From Octopus sinensis (Eukaryota), in NCBI RefSeq assembly GCF_006345805.1, contig NC_043015.1:7440001-7504000 (forward strand): a stretch of DNA of 64,000 bases, written 5' to 3'. Positions 42,996 to 55,370 of the stretch are shown here, in pieces. The position numbers were made by a program, and so were the translations under genes. Below the pieces are notes generated by a model, which did not search any database, was not told the origin of the DNA, and saw only the letters and a list, made by a program, of their open reading frames with translations. Every line of letters begins with the position of its first letter. The first letter of the stretch is position 1.

Positions 42996-44856
42996 TAATG
43001 GAGGAAGGGAGACATCAGCAGAGAAAATATACGTACCGCCAGAAGCACACACTTTTGAACTATAGCCTCAAGTTTTGTTTCTTATAACACATTAAACACA
43101 TTATAACATTAAAAGCAAGCGAATCGATTTTTATATAAGTAAAATCTAATTTGGTGAAAGATATTTTATTTATAAGTTATCAAGATTATTGCAATATACA
43201 AAAGCTCGATCGCATACAGAAGAATAGGTTTCATATTCAGTAAAATATATTAAAAACCTTATCCTTTAAACACGCTTAAACAAATGCCACAAAAAAGATA
43301 TCATCGCCACACTCGGAACCGCAGACCATTGGGAATTATATTTTAAATTTCCGATACTTTTTAAGCGAATTGAACTTATTATCAGCAGTTGACATGAAGT
43401 GCAATTTAGGTCTTATAACCCGTATCAACATAACGCCAAGATCAAAACCCTAAACTTTTGCGTATGCCAGATCAAATAAAATTAATGTGGCTTACGACTA
43501 TCCTACAGATCATGTGATTCTAATATTTAACACTCTTTTGTAATCTACAATTTCAGATTATTGTATCTATGTGGATAAATATACAATTTAAAGTTAAAAC
43601 TTCACTTTATTTTCCTAAACTTATTTCCTCTGTCTTTCCAAATGTCTTATTTCCTATTCTGTAAATTCTGAAACAAATTAAGCCTCTACTTTTAATTCTA
43701 ACCTTATTCATTGTGTAATCGGATGTTCTAATCCATTAAGGCACATTGTAAATAGAGGTAACCTGCAACGCATGCATACATAACGTTTTATGGTCATTCA
43801 CAGAGAGAAAAATGTTAATATAGCCTTTATAGATAAACTGCATACGTAAGCTGAACCTTTATCAGGTTTTTATTCTAGTGGGATTTTAGTAAATATTTGA
43901 TTTCTTAAGTATAGTTTACTCAATACAAGGACTTTCCTATTTACAAACCTAGATAATGAAAGGCTCCAGCAGGATTTCCATCATATTAAATTTTTAGGGA
44001 AAATTATGAATGTTTTTACACACATATCTACTCATGTAACCTACCGTAACTTTGTTATGATTTACAATTCTGCAACTTAACCTGATTACCACTCGTTTAA
44101 AGAAACCCACCACCCTATCATTGATTAACCTAATGAACCAACGCAGTAAATTATATTTCATAGCATTTGTAAATTTATTTTAATTTTCGCATGTTGTAAG
44201 CGAATTATCGATTAGATTTCAGCATATTAGATTCATATTCCCTGTAGAGACATTTCAGGCGTCACTCGAATGTTCCACTATAACCTAGTTAATAAGCAGT
44301 ATTATAATAACTCGAATCCCATAGCTTTATAACTTTAAAACTTCTTTCATACGAAACCAACAATGATCATTGGTTCTTGCAGGAAATATATGCAAAATTA
44401 CAAAATTCACAACAATGCAACGATGAAAGAAATAAGAAATATATATTTCAAAAGACCATTCTAATTGCAATGGTATTAAAATAAATCTCATGCGTCAAAA
44501 AACGAGGTTTTATAAAATGTTGAAATGCATTTTTGAATATCATAAAAGAAAATGATATTAAACAATAGCATAATATCTCACTATTCAGCAAAAGCTGTAT
44601 TAGTCAGATTCATCTAAAATAAATCAAGAAATATTTCCTGCAAAATTACAGTTATTTTCCTTCATGATCTTCAGATGGAGTCATGCAGCATATTTATTCA
44701 TTGAAATCCTAATCTATCTCGGAATTGCAATGAATTTCTCGAGATGTACATAGTCTTCCATACAACGGCAAAATGGAACTTGTGACGGATTCGAAATTAG
44801 AGTTGTTAGCTCTCTATGCAATACATTCTTTTATATATGTTTATATATATAATATT

Positions 44857-44901
<45 letters not shown>

Positions 44902-45756
44902 TATGTATATGTTTGTGAGTCAAGAGGTGTTTGAAATTCGTTGGTGGATCGCTAACTTTCTAACTGAGATTTTACTTCGACTCACCTCAATAAATAGGAT
45001 ACAGGCGAAGTTCCGTTAAATATTTTACATCAATACTCCTCTTGAATACGTTAAATATCCGATCAGTGGCGCCATATTTCTGAATGTGGGAATAATACTA
45101 AACTGGATTTGGACTAGACAACATTATTTCAATTCTAATTTAAATAGAATCTCTTATTAACTAATGAAAACAATGTATGCAGATCCACTGTTATGTTCAG
45201 ATGCTGTTCATATTGATTTTTCAACCAATGAAGCCATCTTCAACTGAGGTCATTTCTGAAATTACTGATTCTGTAATCTACAATACCATAATCTATTAAA
45301 CTTTAGTTTTATCTCAAGTGGTTTTCAAATGAAGGCCGTAATGGTGTCATTGCTACGAGAAAAGAAATAAGTATTTTAATAATAAAGTCAATATTATTAT
45401 AGGTTTTATACTAGAAGTGTATGCTGAAGTCGAATTTTATTTGGGTAAATGCATCTGATAATACACTGTTATATGTACAGGGAAATGAGAGTAGAATAAA
45501 ATGTATACTAGAGTGAATATTTCAAACAAAAGATGTTGTATCCATTAATAAATTACTAATCTGAAACATACTTATAGCAGTAGAGATTTCTGAGCTTATT
45601 GATACACACAACACATTTTCTTTGAGGATTGTTCATATTGATTAACATGTAAGTCTTTTATAATATTCAGTTAACACAATTATTTCTTGTCCTCGAATTC
45701 GTTATCAATCAGCGAAGTGTTTGCTTTTGTGGTTTATCAATATATTGCAATAGAAA

Positions 45757-45970
45757 GTCGGTGAGCTGGAAGAATGGTTAGCACGCTGGGCAAAATACCA
45801 GGCGAAACGCTTTTGTCCGTCTTTATGTTCAAAGTTCAAATTCCTCCCTGCCAAATTTTGTCACTCATCACTTCGGTGTTGATTTAATATGTACCTGTTG
45901 AACGCTGGCGTGGATGTAATCGACTCATTCTCTTCACGAATTTCCTGGCCTCGTGCCGAAATTTTTATAC
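45757..45970 (+). mobile_element. SINE family B, degraded (tail type 1)
   Basis: gtcggtgagctggaagaatggttagcacgctgggcaaaat..gttcaaattcc..gatgtaatcgact..atttcctggcctcgtgcc. Confidence 0.65.
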
Positions 45971-46365
45971 AAACATATTACAACAGAAAATCTTGTTAAA
46001 ATACGTTTAGATCAAAGTCAAACCAGTAAAAGCCGAGGAAAAAGTAACTGCATATGTGTAAAACTTTTATTTGTGTGCGATTAGAACTACATACGGCAAT
46101 ATGTAATGTATAGTTTCTGAAAATTTCAGGATTAATTGACTGACCTACAACTATCTCCTTGTTGTAGCTAGTACGCCCCAGTTTGTAGATGATGACAACG
46201 CGAGCACTCTCTAATACATACATACATATATTCACATACATAAATATAAATTCAAATTATGCTGAACGTAAACAAACAAACTAAGTTTGCTTTAGAAGCG
46301 TTGAGATGTCTTAGAAAGTCAAAGAAGTGATTTAAATTCTCAAACGCTGGTAAATGTAAATAATA

Positions 46366-46484
46366 TAGCCTGAACAGGATAAGCTACCCTTATTTTGCAG
46401 AAAAAAGTGTTGGCGGCCGGCTATGAGACTCGATCGCCAACACTTTTTTCAGCAAAACAGGGGTAGTTTAAACTGCTCAGGCAG
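46366..46484. repeat. ~119 bp imperfect palindrome, TA-flanked (MITE-like)
   Basis: Left arm gcctgaacaggataagctacccttattttgcagaaaaaagtgttggcggccg versus reverse complement of the right arm gcctgagcagtttaaactacccctgttttgctgaaaaaagtgttggcgatcg; ~11 nt loop. Confidence 0.85.
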
Positions 46485-46549
46485 TATGTAAGAGTATGGC
46501 GTATTTGGAAACAGTATTATTAGTATTATTCTGCGTTTGCGAACATATA

Positions 46550-46920
46550 CACACACACACACACGCATATATATATTTATATCTCTCTCTCTATATATAT
46601 AAATACATATATACATATATATCTATCTATCTATATATCTATATATATATATATATCTATATATATATATATATAAATATATATATTTACATCTATATCT
46701 ATGTATCTATATATATATAAATATATATTTATATCTATATCTATCTATCTATATATCTATAAATATATATATTTATATCTATATCTATTATATCTATATA
46801 TATATAAATATATATATTTATATCTATATATCTATCTATATATATATAAATATATATATTTATATCTATATATCTATCTATATATATATATACATATAAA
46901 TATATGTACATGTACGTATA
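46550..46920. repeat. (CA)n/(TATC)/(TA) minisatellite with a ~38 bp higher-order unit
   Basis: Recurring tatatatttatatctatatctatctatatatatataaa. Confidence 0.9.
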
Positions 46921-47363
46921 TGAAGGAAAAAGTATAAATACTTAAAATATTCGTATATGTGAGCGCTCCTGTCTCTGTTTATGTGTGTGCACATATGCTA
47001 CTATGTGCAAGTAAATAAATTGAAGTATACGGCAATGAAAAAATATCTCATTTAGTTATTCATTGCATTGGTATATTATTCAGAGTAAATTACTATTACT
47101 ATTAATATTTCAATAAGATCACAACTTTCTATTAGAATTACCCAGAACTGCAACTTCAATAACAACATTACAGGCATGAATATACAGGATTGCAAAAATA
47201 TAAAATGGCAAAATATTTCTACATAATCATAATTTCTTTTTGTCTCTCTAGAAATAAAAATAAAATACTCCATTCAGGCATTTGCAAATGAGATATACTG
47301 TTTCCAAATACGCCATACTCTTACATACTGATCGAGTCGCACACGTATACACAAGCACAGCTA

Positions 47364-47415
<52 letters not shown>

Positions 47416-48099
47416 ATATATAATGTATATATATATATATATATGTATAAATGAATATATATATATATATATAAAATCATATCTATATGAATATATGTGT
47501 ATATATGTATAACATGTATATGTGTGTGTAATTGACATTTGTGGAATTATATGTATAAAGTAAAAGAGAGAGAGAGAGAGAGAAAGAGACCGATTCTTCT
47601 AGTCGTATTTTAATGCACAGCATTCATAAAAATAACCATTTTATAGAATATGCCTCAAAGCAAAACCCCAGACTTTATACAATATGCAAATTACACGCGC
47701 GCGCGCACACCCACATGCACACACAAGCACACACATACGTATACATATATATATATATACACATGTATATATACATCAATGAATATATAAATATAGTGCA
47801 TAATGAAGCATATGCTTAAATACTATTTCAATATAATTTTCAATGGTAGAGAAATATATAGATTTACGAATATTTTTTGTAAATGTGAACTACGTAATTA
47901 CGCTAAGATCTACTGTAGCAGCATATCTCCACTTGTACAGACAAAAATACACATATAACTATATGTATGTATGTAGATACGGAGCATATATGTGTGTATG
48001 TGTGTGTTTGCGTGCGTGTGCTTAGACGTGTAGAATGTGAAAATATATTTATATGTGTGTGTATGTGAATATATATGTATGTATATATATATATATATA

Positions 48100-48227
48100 T
48101 TCGACTGTTAGATTATATATATATATGTATATATATGTATAATATATATATATATATATATTCGACTGTTAGATTATATATATGTATTATATATATATAT
48201 ATTATATATATATTCGACTGTTAGATT
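48100..48227. repeat. Three copies of TTCGACTGTTAGATT separated by TA-rich spacers
   Basis: Copies at 48100-48114, 48161-48175 and 48213-48227. Confidence 0.9.
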
Positions 48228-48244
48228 ATATATATGTAATATAT

Positions 48245-48286
<42 letters not shown>

Positions 48287-50610
48287 TATATATATATATT
48301 CTAACACAGTTGAAACACAAGATTATTGACTATTATGTGTATTCTTGCAAATCTTTTTAGTTCATCTTCTTTCTGTACGCCTAGCGGCAGTTTTATTTTC
48401 TTCTAGAATATCTATCGAAAAATAATACCGAAAAATGAAATGTATGAATCGGAAAGCAGAGGGCATTCGTTGAATGTTCAATAGAAGAATCTGTAGGTGT
48501 TCTGCTGCCAAATTTAAAAAGTAATATTTCACAGCCAGTAGAAACACGAATTTTATGCTTTATTCTTTTGCTAATAATCTCGAACATGAATAAAGGATAT
48601 ATTTGTATATTCGTGATCGGATATGTTTAACACAAATATTTCCTTTATATTGGGAGATTATTTCGACTCTATGTCTTTCACTTTTTCCGACCATTATCTC
48701 TATTTGGTTTTCTGTTTTTGACATTCTTCAAATGTATATATCTCTTTTCAATACATTGTATTTGTAAACAGTTTTAATATTCAGGTGATATGGGACTGAC
48801 GAGACAAAGAGTAATGCATTACTTGTACCGTAATTTTACGGTAAAAAAAAAGGACTTCTGAATTCAAAATTACAAATATTATAGATCAGAAGGAATGAAT
48901 AACATGTCTGTGTATTATATTCATTTGAAAGTTTATGCTCGTCTAAAATATTCTAAATTTAATAATCACTTGTTAGCATGTCTCTGATTTACATTTATAT
49001 AGCACGGTAGGTTTTCTAGGCCGAGGGCAATTCATATCTCCAAAATTTTTCAATGTAAAAAAAAATCACATTACAAGCATTGTCCCGTAAATGAGTTTAC
49101 GCAAATGTCATGAATCAACATTATGCTGTCTATTATGCGCTGCATGGTTAAAATGTCGTTTCTTTCGCGGAGGAAACGTAAATATGAACAGATCATCATT
49201 ACAACTATGCTTACATCGAACAGAATGTTGTTTCATAATATCCGTATATCGTATGCCCTCATTTATAAAACTTGAAATGTAATTTGCACTATTCACGTAT
49301 CATGAATAAAGGAATACATCGCGACCTACAACATTATTCAAAATACATTTGTCCACCAGACAAGACATGCTTAGTTTACATAATGTTCAGACTAACAACT
49401 TCTCTAGAAGCTTAGCATAACCTTCCAAAAAACATATTAAGCGTGGACATCTCAGTCAAAAGCTACGATTTCTTCCTCACCCAATGTGACTCTCGTTATA
49501 AGTATGTCGAAATAGTGGTCCATGCAACATTAAAACATGATTCAAAAGCAGGTCTCCGCTTTCGAGGAGATTCCTACCGTACAAAGCTCCAAACAGGAGA
49601 AATAATGAGGAACATTGTCAATTACATGTCTGACGTCTGTGGCAATGCATATAATGTTGAGACGTCCACAAAGCTCATGGAAACAGCTGTAAGTATTTGA
49701 AAGCACTGTGTGTACAAACATTTATAAATTAAATTTCAAACTGTTAATTTTCAACACCTAACTTTGTAACGTGACAATATTTTTGTAGATATGACCATTA
49801 TCTCAAGAATGGAGTCAGTGTTAAACACTGTTAAAGCAGACAGAGATCACTTACAGTAGCAGAAGCAGAATAACGAATGAAATAACTGAGTGAGAGTAAA
49901 CTACAACGGAAGTTATAATAAACAGTTCGTTTCGAGATCCCGAGAGAGTTACCGAATGGCGTATATCTACATAAAGCCGTCGTATACGACGGCCGATATT
50001 TAGACGCTACAACAACCAGCAGAAGAACTTGCTCGCTGTGCTTCTTGGCCTTGCTTTATGGGGCAGGGGTGATCCCTGGTTAGTGGTTCTAGAAAAGTAA
50101 TCAAGTGCAGTGTCGACCAGGCCCACTAGTGCTTTCCAGTTTCACTATGTTACTTTTAAACTCGTTTCAATCACTAACATAATGAGATCTATGATGGGTA
50201 AAAAATCCAGGATATTTAGATAACACAAATAAGTATTTGAACATTCACTCCGCCAGTTTATTATTAGTTAATCGATAAAATTTAAAGTGAAATGTAAGTA
50301 CGAGATTCAACAAACAGCACATAGCCAACTCCCAGGAATTGTGTCACTGAAGGTATTTTCCTTTGTAGCCGTTCATTACTACTTTTGAATTAAAAAAATT
50401 ATAACTGTTACACACGCAGGATACCGATATCGTGCGAAGGCAAAGCATAAAGCCCTTTTATTTTAACATCACTAATCGTTATAAATACAAATATAAACTA
50501 TCATATATAAGGGTGGAGTGTATGGCTGAGTAAAGTGACTTTATTTATTTTTTTCTGTAGTTTCATCTCAGAGCTGCGGCCATGCTGATGCACTGCCATT
50601 AGTAACGCCG

Positions 50611-50672
50611 TTCCCATGCCCGGAATCGAACCCGGGCCACCTGGGTGAAAGCCAGAAATCCTACCCACAAGA
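50611..50672 (-). pseudogene. tRNA-Glu(TTC) pseudogene, 5'-truncated
   Basis: Minus strand reads gtgggtaggatttctggctTTCacccaggtggcccgggttcgattccgggcatgggaa: anticodon stem ctgg/ccag with TTC, T-arm GGTTCGATTCC, and 3' acceptor strand atgggaa, as in metazoan tRNA-Glu. The 5' acceptor strand (tcccat..) is absent. Confidence 0.8.
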
Positions 50673-51383
50673 AGGTTTTATCATCCTAGAAGGATAAAAG
50701 ACATACGTCGACATTGTTATATATTATTATATGTGTACATATGTATGTTGTATGTCAATTATATATAACTCTATTGCGAGGTATATTCTCCACGCCTCTA
50801 CAAATTCTGCTATCCCCTGTTCTATGTTCTTTAATGATAATGTTGACAAATCATCCATAGACTAATGATATATGAATATACAAATTTGTGTGAAACTCAT
50901 CTTTACGCTTTCTTACTCTCCAATAAACGAGATGGCCAGCAAGCACTTCCTCAGCTGGAATTTGCAAATAGACACTACTTATTCTTTTTTCAATTGTCTT
51001 TTTCTAGAGCAAATATATCACAGTTTAAGATGGAATTGCCACAGTCGGATAGCAAGTTTACTCAGCGTGAAATGCTATTTGGGTAAACAACAACATCAAA
51101 AATCCATTCGCACAGAAGACATTTTGTAAATATGTTCTTCCAAATAGCTTCAGAGTAAAATAACTAATGCGCTGGTTGCATTAATAGCATTTACAATGAT
51201 TCATCCTAACTGGGTAGAATTAGGTCTAATAATAAAATGAAGGAGTCTAGGAAATAACTGCAGATTGTGGAGGAGTGTCGACATAGAACTGAAATGCATA
51301 GATATGTGAACCAACTGCAAATTATGTGTCAAAATCCGTCCTTCCACTAACTCATGCATACAATAATATATATATATATATAT

Positions 51384-51589
51384 AGTTAATCCAAACAAGA
51401 AAGCATAAAAAACACAACAACGCGAGAATGTGGAACAAATATAGTATTATTGGACGCTCAAGAAAGAAGGAAAGAAGGAGGGTTTAACGTTTCGAGCGGA
51501 GCTCATCGTCGGAAACATAGGAGAAGGAAAGATCTAGAGAAGAGAAGACAGAGGAAAAAAAACGCCAACGATACAGAAGAGGTCACATG
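51384..51589 (-). mobile_element. ~205 bp TA-tract-resident element carrying a minimal hammerhead motif (Penelope pseudo-LTR/retrozyme-like)
   Basis: Begins exactly at the edge of a (TA)n tract; its terminus is repeated at 10423; contains the hammerhead fold at 51482-51516. Confidence 0.65.
51482..51516 (-). ncRNA. Candidate minimal type I hammerhead ribozyme
   Basis: Minus-strand RNA: GUUU-CCGACGA-U-GAGC-UCC-GCUC-GAA-ACGU-U/AAAC. Stem I GUUU:AAAC, core C(C)GANGA (U4C variant), stem II GAGC:GCUC, GAAA, palindromic loopless stem III ACGU, cleavage triplet GUU. Confidence 0.65.
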
Positions 51590-52020
51590 TACGTATGCAT
51601 GTATGTATATATATATATATGCGTGTGTATGTGTGTGTGTGTATGGACAAATGTAAGCGGCTATAACCAATATACAGCAGGCACGAGCAACATGCCTAGG
51701 GCATCTGTGTCACTATCAGGACATCTTTATGCATGTACTTGATGTGACACAAACTCCACGGATTGGTGCAACACAGTTAGTTGCATAAAATCCTACGCAT
51801 AATGGCCAGTTGTAGGATTAGTCCAGACGATCGTCGTGCAGAATAAAAACTAGTGACAAATCTATCTTCACTTTCCTCCATTAATTATTATCATCATCGT
51901 TATTATTATTATCATCATCGTTATTATTATTATTATTATTATTATTGTTGTTGTATTATTGATGCACATACATATGGTATACTAGTATGCACACAGTTTT
52001 GCATATATGTGTATATATAT

Positions 52021-52249
52021 ATTTCTTTACTACCCACAAGGGGCTAAACACAGAGAGGACAAACAAGAACAGACAAACGGATTAAGTCGATTATATCGAC
52101 CCCAGTGCGTAACTGGTACTTATTTAATCGACCCCGGAAGGATGAAAGGCAAAGTCGACCTCGGTGGAATTTGAACTCAGAACGTAACGGCAGACGAAAT
52201 ACGGCTACGCATTTCGCCCGGCATGCTAACGTTACTGGCAGCTCGCCGC
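52021..52249 (-). mobile_element. SINE family B (tail type 2), full length
   Basis: Minus strand: gcggcgagctgccagtaacgttagcatgccgggcgaaatgcg..gagttcaaattcc..gactttgcctttcatccttccggggtcgattaaataagtaccag..gtttagccccttgtgggtagtaaagaaat. Confidence 0.9.
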
Positions 52250-52723
52250 TTTATATATATGTGTATATATATATGTACGCATGTGTGTGCGTGCTAACGC
52301 AAATAGCAATTACTAAAACAACTGCTACGAAAAGAAATCTATAATGATCGTAAAGATTCAGCGCGTCTTATATCTTCATATAGAATATTGGAAAACACCT
52401 GCGGATATTCGTGAAACTCCCAGAATAATAAGTGTTCGACCTTATACAAAATGTATCAACAGAACGTTGTTGAGGATGAAGATAATAGTTCCAGTCTAGA
52501 ACAGCTAAAAAAAACTGGGTCACGAAACATTGTGTCTGGTAACTAGGATGCTTCTATTGTTAAGGATCTCGCTCATGAATTTTTATTGTGTAGAAATCTT
52601 GTATAACTGTTTTTATTGCCTTAACGTCAGGCCTACTAAAGCTGAGTGAAACCATTAAATAGAAGCTGTGTAGGATCACATCACTTTCAAGTGGATGGAA
52701 AACTTATTCGCCAGTGATATACG

Positions 52724-52770
<47 letters not shown>

Positions 52771-53450
52771 GCTTAGTGTATCACCACAATCTTGAGTATT
52801 GCTTACCTTTAACAGATTTCGGATTGTTGCTAAAATTCCCTATGGTTCTCTGTATGAAGATACTGTCCACAAGTACTCTCACGACTCATAAGGGGTTTTC
52901 AGGTCATTCGCTCAGATAGCTTTCCTCTAAATGATATCATTAATTTCATTCCATAATAAATAATTCATGAAGTACACATTATTCAGCTTATACGTATAAG
53001 CGCGACAGAATTTCTTTTCAGTAACTCCTACGTAAATATTAACGTCTTACAATATTTATTCGCAGCTGTAACTAAACGTATATGATACACGGTATTTCGA
53101 GAAGTATCTTTATCCGTCATATTTATCGTGACATTTGCGTTAAAGACAACTTGTTCCTTTAACACACACGAGAGAGATGGAACGTCAAATATAGCATTTT
53201 TTAGCTATATATTAAATGTTTCCAGGAAGGAAACATTTAAATGTTTCATCGCAATGGGTAGCATGTGATTCTCAAACCCTGTTTTAGGCATAAAATGCGT
53301 GATAATATGGTGTGACAAATGCAATAATGGTATATTTTATGGATTTTGACGTTGTGTATTATTTGGAAGGAAACATGTACTATAATAAAGAGTTGAAGAT
53401 ATGTATTAAAGAAAAAGTCTATTGTATAAATTGAATGTATTGTATGAGTT

Positions 53451-53745
53451 GTGAAGTTGCATGGCTCAGTGGTTAGAGCGTCGAGCTTACGATCGCGAGT
53501 TTGTGAGTTCGATTCCCGGACCGGGTTGCGTGTTGTGTTCATGAGCATGACACTTTATTTCACGTAGTTCCAGTACACTCAGCTGTAGAAATGAGTTGCG
53601 ACGGCACAGGTGCCAAGCTGTATCAGTCCCTTTGCCTTATCCCTTGGATAACACTGATGGCGTGGAGAGGGAAGGCCGGCATGCATGGGCGACTGCGGGT
53701 CTTCTTGGTGCAATCCCATCGTCAGTCATGACCGAAGGGGGTCTC
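53451..53745 (+). mobile_element. SINE family C (tRNA-derived)
   Basis: A-box tggctcagtggt (53462), B-box gttcgattcc (53507), followed by non-tRNA body cactttatttcacgt..cactcagctgtagaaatgag. Second copy at 60211. Confidence 0.85.
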
Positions 53746-54419
53746 AGCAGCAGCAACATTGTATAGGTTATATTAGTATAGGTTATATTACTATTACTGT
53801 TCAGAGCGATAAGTTTTCTATCGTACAACTTACATGTAGTTTGAGAAATTAATTATGAGACTAATGCCGCGGTAGGAAATAATTATATAATATACATAGA
53901 GGAACAAACATGCATGAGATTGATATAATTCGTAATTATTTACGTATGTGTGTATAGAATTACGATTGAGTAAAATGAAACAGATTAGGAAATTTCAAAT
54001 AGTGATCTAGAAAGAACCTGTGCAATTAAATATATTCCTACGTATGTATAGGTAAGTTTAACTCAGAACTATACTGATAAAAGGATGCAGTGGAAATTTA
54101 ATTGCAGATAATTACAGAAAATACATAATTACAGGTAATTGCAGAACATGCAAATTTAGAGAAAAAGAATGTTGTTCCGTGTTTTCAAATAAACCTGTCA
54201 GTATTTTATGAATATAAATAAGAAACTGAATTGCTGTTAAACAAAAAAGATATGGAAAATCCATGGCATCATGCATTCCTAATTACGTTTTATATATATA
54301 ATGATTTTAATTTATGTACTAATTTCAATAATTTATAGCCTCTTCGGTTGTTTGTGTTTACACTACTCACCAAACAATTTGTAAAATTATATTGGATTCA
54401 ACGTATGAGTGTTGTTTCA

Positions 54420-54601
54420 GACAAGATATGAGTTCTCAAGTGCGTTGATTACACCAGCTCCAGTTCTCAACTGGTACTATGTTATCGACCCCAAAAGGAT
54501 GACAGTTAAGTCAACCTCGACAAGATTTGAAGCCAGAACGTAAGGATGGACTAAATGCCGTTAAGTATTTTTCTCGGTGTGCTAACCATTCTTTCTCCTC
54601 G
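54420..54601 (-). mobile_element. SINE family B, degraded
   Basis: aactggtactatgttatcgaccccaaaaggatgacag..aagtcaacctcg..atttgaa..cagaacgtaa..gtgctaaccattct matches 52021-52249. Confidence 0.7.
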
Positions 54602-54630
54602 GATTTTTGTTCCATGTCTAACCCATATAT

Positions 54631-54727
54631 CTGCGAGTGATTGGTGTCCCGTCAAGCTGGGGAACACATACGCCATTGAAACCGGGCCCATGAGCCTGGC
54701 TAGGCTTTAAAAGGACGCATTTTATTT
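54631..54727 (+). mobile_element. 97 bp 5'-truncated retroposon end with a 12 bp target-site duplication
   Basis: taacccatatat occurs at 54619-54630 and 54728-54739, flanking a GC-richer insert that ends in tttattt. Confidence 0.7.
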
Positions 54728-55370
54728 TAACCCATATATAGTGTATGTTCTTTCAAATTACTTTCAAAACGAAACCATTTTGAATTTCCAGAGGATAATT
54801 GTTTTCTGATTAATTAATCGAGTGCAATACATTTTCTTTCCAATGCAATAATAATCAACAGCATTGGAACTCAAACATGTAATACTCATTTACGACTATG
54901 TTCAATATGCTAAATTCGAGGTATAGTGTATATGTACGAATACATTAATTTCTTGCTTGTAAGTTCATAATATATCAATTCCACAAGTGGAGAAAATACA
55001 GAATTGACTCTCATGGGTCGAAGCACATATAAAACCAGCAATAAAAATTATCAGATCTAAGCCTTCGCACTGTACAACCTTTTGCATAACTGCTATCTTA
55101 AGCTATTAAGACTGACATCAGGTGTGATCAAGCTGTTATATGATCCTCCTCTTCCAGCCGCCAGCCTGTCATGTTATCTTTATCTGTTTCATTGGTTATA
55201 TTAGCTAGGATCTGATGATTTATTTTAAGATTATATGATATAGTTTGATAAACATTTCTCCAGCAATCTTGCCAAATCGAATGATCTGGTAGAGGCTGTC
55301 TTTCTTATTGCCGGTCAAAGTAGATAGAAAAATAGGTGATCCATGAAGGACTGGTCCTATTATGTTCCTT

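Noticed and set aside
48100-48227. CRISPR-like regular repeat spacing
   Set aside because: Eukaryotic DNA; repeats are only 15 bp, spacers are TA microsatellite, and no cas genes are present.
49443-49700. 85 aa ORF ending near a GTAAGT donor-like site
   Set aside because: No recognisable protein similarity, an in-frame stop shortly upstream, and no convincing acceptor or partner exons; RNA-seq would be needed.
53451-53530. tRNA-like cloverleaf with A and B boxes
   Set aside because: The acceptor stem does not pair and it continues into a repeat body with a second copy at 60211; it is a SINE head, not a tRNA gene.
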